IMG/VR virus record: IMGVR_UViG_3300013132_000026
Coordinates: 63,127-127,126 of that record
Source: a virus
Strand: one strand, 5' to 3'
DNA: 64,000 bases
In this document: one piece after another, positions 37,753 to 46,367 of the stretch
Position numbering within the stretch: the first letter of the stretch is position 1
Layout of the letters: each line of letters opens with the position of its first letter
Notes under the pieces: model-generated
Told to the model about the DNA's origin: nothing
Database searches by the model: none
What the model saw: the letters and a program-made list of their open reading frames with translations, nothing else
Position numbers and translations under genes: made by a program

Positions 37753-38691
37753 ATGAAAACGCCCGCTCGATTCGAAGGTCTGATCGGACAAGACGACGTG
37801 AAGAAGAAGCTCAACTTCTATCTCGACGCGCAGAACAAGACGCAACGTTTGCCCTTTATCTTGCTTGCTGGTGCCAAGGGCCAAGGTAAGACAGAATTCG
37901 CCAAGCAAGCGGCAAAGAACATCAAAGGGCGCGACGGCAAGGCGCGTCCGTTCCTCGAAGTTAACTGCGGCACGATCAAAAACGCTCAAGTGTTTTTCGA
38001 GCAAGTGTTTGCCCCTGTGATTCAAGGTAACGAAGTCACGGTGCTTCTCGACGAGTGTCACGCTCTGCCGAAAGACCTCATGACGACGCTTCTCACGGCC
38101 TTCAACACCGAGCGGGTAGACACGAAGCAAGTCAACTGGCGCGACGGACTCTACGAGTTCAACTTTAAGCTTCAGAGTTTCATGCTCGCCACGACCGAGG
38201 CAGATCGTCTCTTTGCTCCGCTGAAAGATCGCCTCACGTTGGTTGATTTCCAGCCGTACTCGGAAAAAGAAACGGCGCAGATCGTGCAAAAGGTTCTGAG
38301 CGAAATCAATTTCAAGGGCGACGTGTTGGAGCGTGTGGCGAAAACGGTTCGCTCGAACGCTCGCTCTTCGGTTCAGCGTGCGAAGCAGATCGAGCTCTAC
38401 TGCGATAGCAAAAACAAAAACACGTTCGATTCGAAGGACTGGACCGACTTGTGCGCGAAGCTCGGCATCAACTCGTCTGGTCTGGTCAACTCGGAAATTC
38501 AAGTGCTTAAGACGCTGAAGGACCGTGGGGACTGCTCGTTGAATATGCTGTCGGCTGTCACGGGTCTCAGTCGCGGCGCATTGCAGCGCGACACGGAACT
38601 TTTCTTGTTGCAGCGCGGCTTCATGCGCATCGAAGGCACGCGCCGCATCACCGCAGCAGGCATCAAGGCTCTAGAGGAAGCCACAAAGTAA
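37753..38691 (+). CDS. ruvB: RuvB-like AAA+ ATPase
   Basis: 'P..F…IGQ..VK..L', GAKGQGKT, LDECH, 'ATT….L..PL.DR', C-terminal winged helix 'E.FLLQ.GF'. Confidence 0.8.
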   Translation: MKTPARFEGLIGQDDVKKKLNFYLDAQNKTQRLPFILLAGAKGQGKTEFAKQAAKNIKGRDGKARPFLEVNCGTIKNAQVFFEQVFAPVIQGNEVTVLLDECHALPKDLMTTLLTAFNTERVDTKQVNWRDGLYEFNFKLQSFMLATTEADRLFAPLKDRLTLVDFQPYSEKETAQIVQKVLSEINFKGDVLERVAKTVRSNARSSVQRAKQIELYCDSKNKNTFDSKDWTDLCAKLGINSSGLVNSEIQVLKTLKDRGDCSLNMLSAVTGLSRGALQRDTELFLLQRGFMRIEGTRRITAAGIKALEEATK

Positions 38692-38747
38692 TCTAGAGAC
38701 GGCATCGAGACTGGGCAACTTGCGCTAGTGGTGGCCCACTTTTACAT

Positions 38748-38957
38748 ATGAAAACTTGGAAACTGTTTGATCACACGAATAAAGAAATTTTTTTCGGCAC
38801 CGTCATCACGTCAATGATCGGCGCACAGTATGTTGTCGAGTCGGGCGAACCGCCGCGCCACCCTGCATCGAGCGGTCGCGTGTACGTTAAGATCGGAGAA
38901 TGCACGTCAGGGTTTTTTCCTCATGTGTTTGGACTCAGGTGGGAGGAAACAACGTGA
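38748..38957 (+). CDS. hypothetical phage protein
   Basis: 'PP.HPASSGRVYV…FFPHVFGL.W'. Confidence 0.65.
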   Translation: MKTWKLFDHTNKEIFFGTVITSMIGAQYVVESGEPPRHPASSGRVYVKIGECTSGFFPHVFGLRWEETT

Positions 38958-39136
38958 CGCCCGTCACCCTCGAAGAACTCCGCAGATACCCCTCCCACCA
39001 CTATATCGAATACAACGGTAGCGATATACTAGTCTCGGACCTGTTAGAACTATTTGAAAACAAAGAGAAACGCACGCGCCGCCGTGCCGAACGCCGCCCG
39101 CGCCAGCCGCGCAAACGGCGCGAGCGGAAAGAATGA
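38954..39136 (+). CDS. hypothetical protein with Arg-rich tail
   Basis: GTG start coupled to the upstream stop. Confidence 0.5.
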   Translation: MTPVTLEELRRYPSHHYIEYNGSDILVSDLLELFENKEKRTRRRAERRPRQPRKRRERKE

Positions 39137-39289
39137 ACGTGAACCCGTAAATAAGCAAATAATGAACGCGAAAGCTTAAATAATGAACGCGAATGTCTAA
39201 ATAAAGCAAAGGGTTGGGTGGTGTGAGTGATTTGCTGGTGCAAGTCATTTGCATTACCCGGCCGGGCCTTACTTCAATTTAAATGCAAT

Positions 39290-39312
39290 AAAAAACCCCC
39301 TTTCGGGGGTTT
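39290..39312. terminator. intrinsic terminator hairpin between convergent units
   Basis: AAAAAA-CCCCC-TTTC-GGGGG-TTT. Confidence 0.65.
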
Positions 39313-39411
39313 CGCTCAGTTCGTGATGATCTTCACCCGAAGTTCGCCGTTGATTTGCAAGACGCCCCGGCCCGGTATCGCAAACCAATTGCATTTGCGC
39401 CGGTTATAATT

Positions 39412-39600
39412 TTAATTCTTTTTTTTAGGTTGACACCGCTTAACTGCCCTCCAGTAAAGTTTTTTTGCTAGTTCGTCAAGGAATTCGTCGCGAAGCAGGG
39501 GGGTACCGTTGCGATTGTAAACGGTCCAGAGACCGTTGTCGAAGTCGTACCAGTACCCCCCACGCTCGAACCAGTTAGGCGGAAGCAGATTTGGGTTCAT
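39412..39600 (-). CDS. early hypothetical protein
   Basis: ATG 39600. Confidence 0.5.
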   Translation of the reverse strand: MNPNLLPPNWFERGGYWYDFDNGLWTVYNRNGTPLLRDEFLDELAKKLYWRAVKRCQPKKKN

Positions 39601-39802
39601 TGATCGGCTCCGCGACAAACAGCTCTTCATTGAAGCGGTAGTTTACAGCGTCGTCGCTCTCGGCAGGCCGCGCGTCAGTCGGCACGAACCAGCGCGACAA
39701 AAGTTCGGCACCGTAAAGTTCCGCCTCGCGACGAGTAGCAAAGCGCAGCGCATTAGACGCCCACTTGTTTTGAACGCAAACTTCAGTTTTGAACGAATTC
39801 AT
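39575..39802 (-). CDS. early hypothetical protein
   Basis: 'W..NALRFAT..EAE.Y…L..RW….D.VNYR'. Confidence 0.65.
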   Translation of the reverse strand: MNSFKTEVCVQNKWASNALRFATRREAELYGAELLSRWFVPTDARPAESDDAVNYRFNEELFVAEPINEPKSASA

Positions 39803-39882
39803 TTTTTTGATGGGGGAGGTTTCAGCAGTAAAATAAGCGTTAGAACGAAGAACAAGACAAGCATTGTTTCGGTCATCGCAAG

Positions 39883-39915
39883 AAAAAAAAAGGGGGGCGG
39901 CTGTCACCCGCCCCC
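39883..39915 (-). terminator. intrinsic terminator after the DUF932 gene
   Basis: GC hairpin GGGGCGG/CCGCCCC followed by a poly-T run on the minus strand. Confidence 0.7.
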
Positions 39916-39922
39916 GTGTGCC

Positions 39923-40684
39923 TTAAACTTCGATCACTTCATTCGACACGGTGAGGCCCGCGAACGGATCGAGGATCGAATGGAGCGACGCGGAACGGTC
40001 GCGCATCGCGATCAGGTTCCCCTTCCACACCTCGGAAAAAGCATTGTGCAGGCTCCAGAGGTTGCGGGGAGCGAAGTCGTCATGGTTCGGCTTGTCCCAT
40101 TGTCCGATCACGTCGGCAATCATCGTCTTGCCGATTGCGCCAGCGTGAAAGCTGCGGATCACAAGGTCGTGAGCGTCACGCGAGTCGATCTCGACGGTCT
40201 TGTAACGCGACACGCGGTTTTCGTGAGCGATCCAGAGGTCACCAAGCTTGCCGATGGCGCGGCTGATGATCGCGGGAAGGTCGCGCATGATGTTCGTCGT
40301 GTGCTTCCGCCCGAGCGTCACCTCGTTGCTGAAACAAAGATTGTCACAAACGAACGGAGCATTGCCCGCGCAAATGCCCGCGACAAACGACTTGTCGTGC
40401 GAGTTGCGCAGACCAATGACCGTGCCGCTCGTTGCGTTCGGCTTCGCCATGTCGATCTCGAAAAGACCGAAGTAGCGTTGGCCGTAGCGTGCGAGCGTGT
40501 GATATTCGCTGACAACGCCCAAATTCGCTTCCTTCAGTTGCGTGCGCAAGTTCTCGACCAGCGCAGCATGGGGAATCGGGAAGTGACTGTCGGTCGCCTC
40601 GGGAGTCTTGACAAGAGCGAGGTCGGCAAGGCTGACCTCGGAGTTTTCACGTCCGCAAACGCGGAGATTAACGGTGTTTTTCAT
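39923..40684 (-). CDS. DUF932-family protein
   Basis: 'TP..T.SH.PIPH', 'IGLRNSHDKS', 'FVCDNL.F', 'RKHT', 'W.L.NAF'. Confidence 0.8.
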   Translation of the reverse strand: MKNTVNLRVCGRENSEVSLADLALVKTPEATDSHFPIPHAALVENLRTQLKEANLGVVSEYHTLARYGQRYFGLFEIDMAKPNATSGTVIGLRNSHDKSFVAGICAGNAPFVCDNLCFSNEVTLGRKHTTNIMRDLPAIISRAIGKLGDLWIAHENRVSRYKTVEIDSRDAHDLVIRSFHAGAIGKTMIADVIGQWDKPNHDDFAPRNLWSLHNAFSEVWKGNLIAMRDRSASLHSILDPFAGLTVSNEVIEV

Positions 40685-40731
40685 ACGGGTACGATGTTGG
40701 GATGTTACTGGTTACTGTGCAAGAATATTTT

Positions 40732-41022
40732 TCAGATAGTTTCGCCGTTGTGACGAAAGTTTTTGATGCCCGACAAGCGGAAAGACTTGTAGGCGTGGCC
40801 GTCACCCTCGGATTCGTTGTTCGTGCGAACGGTCAAAAACAGTTCGCCATTGCTCGACTCGACAATCGACTTGCTGACATGGTTGCCCCACTTGCGGTCG
40901 CCAAACGGCTTGTAGCCGATGACGCCGTTGCGCCGCTTGTCGTTATAGTCGAAGGACACGATGGCCGCGCCCTTGCTGACGATCTGCTCGATCTTGTTTC
41001 TGAGGATTTGGGTGTTGTTCAT
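40732..41022 (-). CDS. WYL/SH3-like small protein
   Basis: 'VSFDY..K.R…KSFRLS.I'. Leaderless promoter. Confidence 0.55.
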   Translation of the reverse strand: MNNTQILRNKIEQIVSKGAAIVSFDYNDKRRNGVIGYKPFGDRKWGNHVSKSIVESSNGELFLTVRTNNESEGDGHAYKSFRLSGIKNFRHNGETI

Positions 41023-41760
41023 GAGAAAGACAGTAACGGTCGCCGCGCCGATGTCGAAACTTTTTTTCGCGTTTCGCAAAGTTTTTTTCCGTTGCCTAGG
41101 GCGCAGGGTACAGGAAAAACACGCGAGGTCAAACCTTTTTTTCGAATAAAAAATAGGGGGGCAAACGCTTTTGCAGTTGACATGGGCAGTGTTGCAACTG
41201 GTTTGCATCGCCGGGCCGGGCCTTTTTGCAAACTAAAGACATACGCGAGGATCTTTTCGGGAGTATCAGCAATGATCGTTTCCATGATCTGAGCAGTATC
41301 GGACGTTCGTGCAGAGTCGAGATTTATTTCGAGAAAGATTCGCCCCGCTGCTTGTCTCCTATGCGACAAGTGATTAGAGAGACTTTTTGGGCGCTCAGTC
41401 TCTCGGTCAGCAAGAGAGAGAGTGCAGTCTTTCTCGCGAATTTCAATACTTTTCTTCAGAGAAAAGAATCGTCGCGCCGCTTTTTATGCTTGACTTTTCG
41501 ATTGTAGCTCCCTTTGCCGCGCTTCGGTTCGTGCACGCTCCCCGCAAGATTCGTGCCGCTAGTGAACACCGAACGAATTTTCTTTTGCTTTTTCATAAAG
41601 GTGAAAACGTGAACGCTAAATCATAAATAACGAAATACGAAAGGCAAACGTTAAATAGGTAAATAGGACAATGCCAGAGATTTGCAGGTGCAAATGACTT
41701 GCATTGCAAACCGCCTGCATTGCAAAAGGGCTGCATTGCAACCCCCTTGCGCAGCTGCAA

Positions 41761-42045
41761 TCAGCAGTCTTCCTGACAAGTATCAAAGCAATAGTCCTCA
41801 TCCATGCCGTGACCCGCAGAAGCGAGCGCATCCGCGTCGTCGCTCAGGTCGTGCGACTCGTAGGGTTCGCAAGCGTTGGTGGCGCGCTCGTCCGCTTCGA
41901 TCTCGACCAGCTGCGCGTGCAGCGTGTCGATCACCGCGTCCAACTGCGGGAACCTCGCACCCGACGCATGAAGGTCGGCGGAGGCTTCGCGGAGGGCGGC
42001 GAGGGCAACGTAAGCCTCGGGGGTAGACATTTCGATAGTGATCAT
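41761..42045 (-). CDS. early acidic protein
   Basis: Ends 'DDADALASAGHGMDEDY'. ATG 42045. Confidence 0.65.
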   Translation of the reverse strand: MITIEMSTPEAYVALAALREASADLHASGARFPQLDAVIDTLHAQLVEIEADERATNACEPYESHDLSDDADALASAGHGMDEDYCFDTCQEDC

Positions 42046-42073
42046 AGGATAAAAAAAAAGGGGGGGTGGGGGG

Positions 42074-42214
42074 TTAGTCGAGGGCGACCTCGCCCAAAAA
42101 AATCGGGCGCGGCGGGATCGGGTACGATTCGACACCGTTCGCGAGGGCGAAGGCGGCGAGGTCGGCGGCGAGGGCGAGGGTTTCCTCGGGCGAGAGAACA
42201 AGGGCGGTTTTCAT
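42074..42214 (-). CDS. 46-aa early protein (not in the ORF track)
   Basis: MKTALVLSPEETLALAADLAAFALANGVESYPIPPRPIFLGEVALD. Confidence 0.55.
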   Translation of the reverse strand: MKTALVLSPEETLALAADLAAFALANGVESYPIPPRPIFLGEVALD

Positions 42215-42231
42215 GAGATTGGGCGGGGGGT

Positions 42232-42378
42232 CTATTCCGATTGCGCGAGCGTGTTCAGGTAATCGGCTTCTTCGATTACCTGAGCGATTTGCTTGCGGGT
42301 CAACCCTTGCTTCAGCAGCGATTCGATCACCATCTTCGCAGCCAGTTCGCGGATCTCGCGGATCAGTTCGTTTTTCAT
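42232..42378 (-). CDS. 48-aa early protein (not in the ORF track)
   Basis: MKNELIREIRELAAKMVIESLLKQGLTRKQIAQVIEEADYLNTLAQSE. Leaderless promoter TTGCGC-N16-TACTTT. Confidence 0.65.
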   Translation of the reverse strand: MKNELIREIRELAAKMVIESLLKQGLTRKQIAQVIEEADYLNTLAQSE

Positions 42379-42429
42379 GCTCTTAAAGTAGCATACTTTT
42401 CCCCGTGCGCAAGTTTTTTTTTCGTGTTT

Positions 42430-43130
42430 TTAGAAAAAAGTTTCCGTGCCAACTCTGAGAAAAAACGCGTCAAGCAGAAAAAAGTTTCCGTGCCAACCGC
42501 GCAAAAAAACGTGTCAAGAGAAAAAAAGATATTTTTTTGTAATGGGCTAATTGCAAAGTAAATGATTTGCATCCCCGGCCTGGCACTTATTGCAACTCTC
42601 TTGCGTCGTATATTCGCGAAACTGGCGAAAAAACCATTATGCGCATTGCAAATAAATGGCTGCAAACAGTTGGCTTTTCGCATATTTGAAAAATGGGCCG
42701 AGTGGCAATTATGTCTTTCGTAACTGTTTTGCATTAAGACCCGGCCAGGAATTGCAAATTGTTTGCGTCGCATATTCGGAAAACGGCCCAAAACCCGATT
42801 ATGCGCGTTGCAACCCTTTTGCCGCAAAACCCTTGCGTTTCGCATATCCCCAAAACGGCCCAAAACCGCATTATGCATTGCATCTTGTTTGCATTAGTTC
42901 CCGGCCCGGAATTGCAAATCACTTGCAACAGACCCTTGTCAAGAAAAAAACCAACTTTTTTTGTAATCGCCCGCCAGCCTGGCCAGGATGCAAATCACTT
43001 GCAACAGACCCTTGTCAAGAAAAAATTTCACTTTTTTTCTAGTTCGTCTACCAAGCACGCGCCGTGCCAACCGCGCCACGAAAAAAAATTATTTTTTATT
43101 CGGCGCTTGGCACGCTTTTTTTTTCGAAAA
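42430..43130. repeat. structured non-coding repeat array at the divergence point of early transcription
   Basis: CCNGGCCNGG boxes, CGCATA-N25-TATGCG units, an exact 37-bp direct repeat (42913-42949 / 42989-43025), TTGGCACG motifs and A/T tracts. Confidence 0.85.
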
Positions 43131-43135
43131 AAACC

Positions 43136-43179
43136 AAAAAAAAGCTTGTTTCGGCGCGGGAGTGTGCTATGTTGTGAGC
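43136..43179 (+). promoter_or_regulatory. leaderless sigma70-type early promoter
   Basis: A-tract, TTGTTT-N16-(TGc)TATGTT, then 6 nt to ATG. Confidence 0.7.
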
Positions 43180-43449
43180 ATGAAAAACAACAACAGTTCA
43201 AACGGATTCGATCGAGTCGCCTTCCTTTACCTTCGCAACGTGACGGGAGAAGAGACTTGCGCCGAGTTTGAACAGAAAGTCGGTGAAAACAACTTCGCCC
43301 TTGCGGTACTCGACTACGGCAATGCCGACATCTTCCAATTGAAACAAGCTCGAACCGCTGCAAAGAATCGCGCTTACTGCGAGGACTTCCTCGCGGATGC
43401 TTACTTCACGTTCCGTCACCGTTTCGGGCACGGTCCGAAAGAGTCCTAA
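43180..43449 (+). CDS. early hypothetical protein
   Basis: ATG 43180 directly after the promoter. Confidence 0.65.
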   Translation: MKNNNSSNGFDRVAFLYLRNVTGEETCAEFEQKVGENNFALAVLDYGNADIFQLKQARTAAKNRAYCEDFLADAYFTFRHRFGHGPKES

Positions 43450-43492
43450 AAAAAAGCTTGCTCTTCGGAGCAAGCGTCCCACCCTCTTTCTC

Positions 43493-44185
43493 GTGAAACT
43501 CAACCTTCTTTCGGTCGGCACGGATGCGAAAACTTCCAAGGGCGAAGCTTTCGGATGGAGCACAGCCATCCTTTACCTTGCCCCTGCCCGCGAGGCCGGG
43601 CGCGGCGACGTTTGCGCGAACCGCTCCGCTGGATGCACGGCAGCTTGCCTGTTCTCGGCAGGACGCGGAAAGTTCTCAAACGTCAAGTCGGCGCGCATTC
43701 GCAAGACGCGCCTTTTCTTCGATGACGTTGCCGAGTTCAAACGTCAACTCTTCGCCGATATCTCGGCATTCGTTGCGAGTTGCGAGCGCAACGGCAAGCG
43801 CGCTTGCGTTCGCTTGAACGGAACCTCCGATATCTCATGGGAACGCCTCGGAGTGTTCGCCGCTTTTCCTTCGATTCAGTTCTACGATTACACGAAAAGC
43901 CCGATTCGTGCATTGCAAGCGGCGGCGAGGTCAATCGCGCCGAACTATCACCTTACTTTTTCGCGTAGCGAATCGAACGAAGCGAACGCGCTTGACGTAT
44001 TGCGGGCGGGCGGCAACGTTGCCGTGGTCTTCGCTTCTGCTCTTCCGTCAGCTTGGCAAGGGTTCCCTGTTGTCAACGGCGACGAAAGCGACCTTCGCTT
44101 TCTTGACGCTCGCAACGTTGTAGTCGGATTGAAGGCTAAGGGCGACGCGAAGCGCGACGCTTCCGGCTTTGTCGTTAACACTTAA
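43493..44185 (+). CDS. Gp88-like protein
   Basis: 'C…S.GC..ACL..AGRG', 'RLNGTSD..WE', 'FYDYTK', 'YHLTFS.SE', 'NGD..DLRFLD', 'VVGL.AKG'. Confidence 0.85.
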   Translation: MKLNLLSVGTDAKTSKGEAFGWSTAILYLAPAREAGRGDVCANRSAGCTAACLFSAGRGKFSNVKSARIRKTRLFFDDVAEFKRQLFADISAFVASCERNGKRACVRLNGTSDISWERLGVFAAFPSIQFYDYTKSPIRALQAAARSIAPNYHLTFSRSESNEANALDVLRAGGNVAVVFASALPSAWQGFPVVNGDESDLRFLDARNVVVGLKAKGDAKRDASGFVVNT

Positions 44186-44197
44186 GACATTTCTCGC

Positions 44198-44650
44198 ATG
44201 AAACGCTCGAACCTATCTCTCATTCTCTTCTTGTTCTTCATTCTCGCGGCGCTCTTGTTCTCTTCGCGCCAAACAAAAGGGCAAACGGCACAAGAGTTCG
44301 TCGCGGCAACACTGATTTTAGAAGCGGGCGGCGAGCGAGACCCTCGCGCAATGGCAGCGGTCCGCGAAGTCGTCTCGAATCGCGCCAAGGCTCGCAAGCA
44401 AACGGAAAAAGAAGTTGTCTTGGCTCGCCTTCAATTCTCCTGCTGGAATGCGGGGACGGCAAGCGCGTTCGCCAAGGCAAAGCGTCACGCGAAGTGGCGC
44501 GAGGCTCTTGACCTTGCTTCCTCGCCTAGCTTGACGAACTACACTCTCGGAGCGGATCACTATCATACGGTGCAAGTTTCTCCCGCTTGGTCGCGTAAAC
44601 TCTTGAAGACGAGGCAAATCGGCAATCACGTTTTTTTTCGGCAAAAGTGA
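44198..44650 (+). CDS. cell wall hydrolase, SleB/Hydrolase_2 family, with N-terminal signal/TM
   Basis: 'EAGGE', 'V..NR', 'QFSCWN', 'GA.HYH', 'P.W', 'IGNH.F'. Confidence 0.88.
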   Translation: MKRSNLSLILFLFFILAALLFSSRQTKGQTAQEFVAATLILEAGGERDPRAMAAVREVVSNRAKARKQTEKEVVLARLQFSCWNAGTASAFAKAKRHAKWREALDLASSPSLTNYTLGADHYHTVQVSPAWSRKLLKTRQIGNHVFFRQK

Positions 44651-44694
44651 AAAAAAAGCTTGTGACTCGGCAATCCATCCCTTATCTTTTCCTC

Positions 44695-44910
44695 ATGATA
44701 AAAAACAACGTTACGGAAACTTCTTTCAACTTCTACCGCGATGCTTACCTTTCGGAGCAGAAAGCGGCTCTCGCCCTTGCTCGCGAGGTCGGAGCTTATA
44801 AGGGGATCATTGAAGCAATCTCTAGAGGTTGGGTGTCGGGGGTCACGGTGATTCACGCCGAGTCGCTCGAAAAGCTTCTGACCAACGTGCCGAACCTCGT
44901 GAATCGATAA
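44695..44910 (+). CDS. early hypothetical protein
   Basis: Leaderless, with its own promoter cassette. Confidence 0.6.
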   Translation: MIKNNVTETSFNFYRDAYLSEQKAALALAREVGAYKGIIEAISRGWVSGVTVIHAESLEKLLTNVPNLVNR

Positions 44911-44954
44911 AAAAAAGCTTGCCCTTCGGGGCAAGCCTCTTCACTCTCTTTCTC

Positions 44955-45200
44955 ATGGAAACGATCACGATCTCCCGCAACGAAAAGAAAAACGCTTGGT
45001 ACGTCAACGGCGTTGCCGTGACGGACTTTGAAACCGACTACGACGAATTTCCGTACATGATTTCGCACGTTTTCATCGTCAATGTCGCCCTCGGAAATCG
45101 TTGGGCGACGGATGCGGAAATTTCTGCGCTGCACAAGGCAGGATTCCTTCGCTCGCAAGCAATCAATCACTCGCATTTCGCGACGCTCGCAACGGTCTAA
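44955..45200 (+). CDS. early hypothetical protein
   Basis: Leaderless, with its own promoter cassette. Confidence 0.6.
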   Translation: METITISRNEKKNAWYVNGVAVTDFETDYDEFPYMISHVFIVNVALGNRWATDAEISALHKAGFLRSQAINHSHFATLATV

Positions 45201-45580
45201 GGTCAGCGACTCCCCTCCCCATTTCGGAAAAACCGAGTGGGGATTTTCCGGGGAGCGCGGCGGGGGGTGGTTTTCTGCGCGCTATACCAGCAAAATAACC
45301 CTACCCTCCCCTACCCTCTCTCTCTTTGCTTATTACCTATAATAACCCTACCCTCCCCCTTCATATCTCTTTCCCTTTTCTTTATATCTTATAAGGGCAA
45401 TACATATACCCCCCCTTATTCCTTCTCTATCCCTATCTTTTTTTTTATTTTTATCAAGATATATACTATCCCCTTAACATCCCCCTTTAGATCCCCCCCC
45501 CTAATGTTTTACGCTTGTATTGTTTGTTTTTAAGGCAAAAGGGGGTACGAGGGTATAGGCTGGGGAGAGATCGGGACGAA

Positions 45581-46066
45581 TTAGACTCCATATGAGGGCA
45601 AGAACGGCAGTTTGTAGAAGAGACGTTTGAGGAAGAAATAGCCCCGGACTCCCGTCTTTATCAAAAACCGCGTCGTTTTGTTAGTGTGTAGAGTTTCGAG
45701 AGCTTCGAAGAACATCTCGTTTGCCGTTTCGGGCAGCAAACAGCTCTCTTCGAGCAAGTAGTCGTGCAGCACTGCGGCGCGAGCATATCGGCCAAACGGC
45801 GGAACAACTGGCCAAAAGATGCGCGGCACCGACGCGAGGTCCGTTGTGAACCCTTTCTCGATAGTCACAACGTATCCTGTTTTGCTCACGAACACTATCG
45901 GAGCGAGTAGCTCCCACGTTGTTTTGTTGTTCGCGTGGTGTTGGCGAACGTCTAACTCGCCCACGAAGCCCCCCTCCCCCATTTTCCAAAAACGGAAGAT
46001 CTCTTCGGCGGGCGAAGGTTTGCGACTTCTCGAAAACCGGGCGGCTCTTTTTCGCTTATTCCTCAT
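45581..46066 (-). CDS. DUF1353-family protein (start uncertain)
   Basis: 'GF.TDLASVPR.FW…PP.G.Y..AAVLHDYL'. Confidence 0.85.
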   Translation of the reverse strand: MRNKRKRAARFSRSRKPSPAEEIFRFWKMGEGGFVGELDVRQHHANNKTTWELLAPIVFVSKTGYVVTIEKGFTTDLASVPRIFWPVVPPFGRYARAAVLHDYLLEESCLLPETANEMFFEALETLHTNKTTRFLIKTGVRGYFFLKRLFYKLPFLPSYGV

Positions 46067-46259
46067 CTTTAACGATTAAGCGGTCGTTCTTCCCTTCGAG
46101 AACAAAGTCGCGACCATCTATGAGTAGAAACACAAAGTCTTTCCAACCTTCGCGTGGTTGGAATGCGACATAAACGATCATGAACGGCAAGATCATTGTG
46201 ATTAAAGAAGCGGCGATCAAAAAGCGCAGCGGGATCGAAACGAACGGAACGAAGCTCAT
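46056..46259 (-). CDS. small membrane protein (late)
   Basis: Hydrophobic N-terminus. GTGTAA motif at 46281-46286 (minus strand). Confidence 0.55.
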   Translation of the reverse strand: MSFVPFVSIPLRFLIAASLITMILPFMIVYVAFQPREGWKDFVFLLIDGRDFVLEGKNDRLIVKDEE

Positions 46260-46350
46260 ACTTTATAGTAGTTTAGTTGTTTACACGTTCAACCGTAGCG
46301 GCCGGGAAAGGTTTGTCAACTCGAAAAAACTAGAAAAAACCAGCATTGGC

Positions 46351-46356
46351 GTGTAA
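46351..46356 (+). promoter_or_regulatory. putative late promoter GTGTAA (representative copy)
   Basis: Same hexamer found shortly upstream of many structural genes; see findings. Confidence 0.7.
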
Positions 46357-46367
46357 ATAAGCTGTCA

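Noticed and set aside
39536-40753. 405-aa plus-strand ORF, and similar long antisense ORFs at 23579-24691, 30594-31379 and 37714-38502
   Set aside because: They are antisense to well-supported genes and arise from codon bias.
42375-43271. ORFs predicted across the repeat array
   Set aside because: Low-complexity translations of repeats and A/T tracts with no coding signature.
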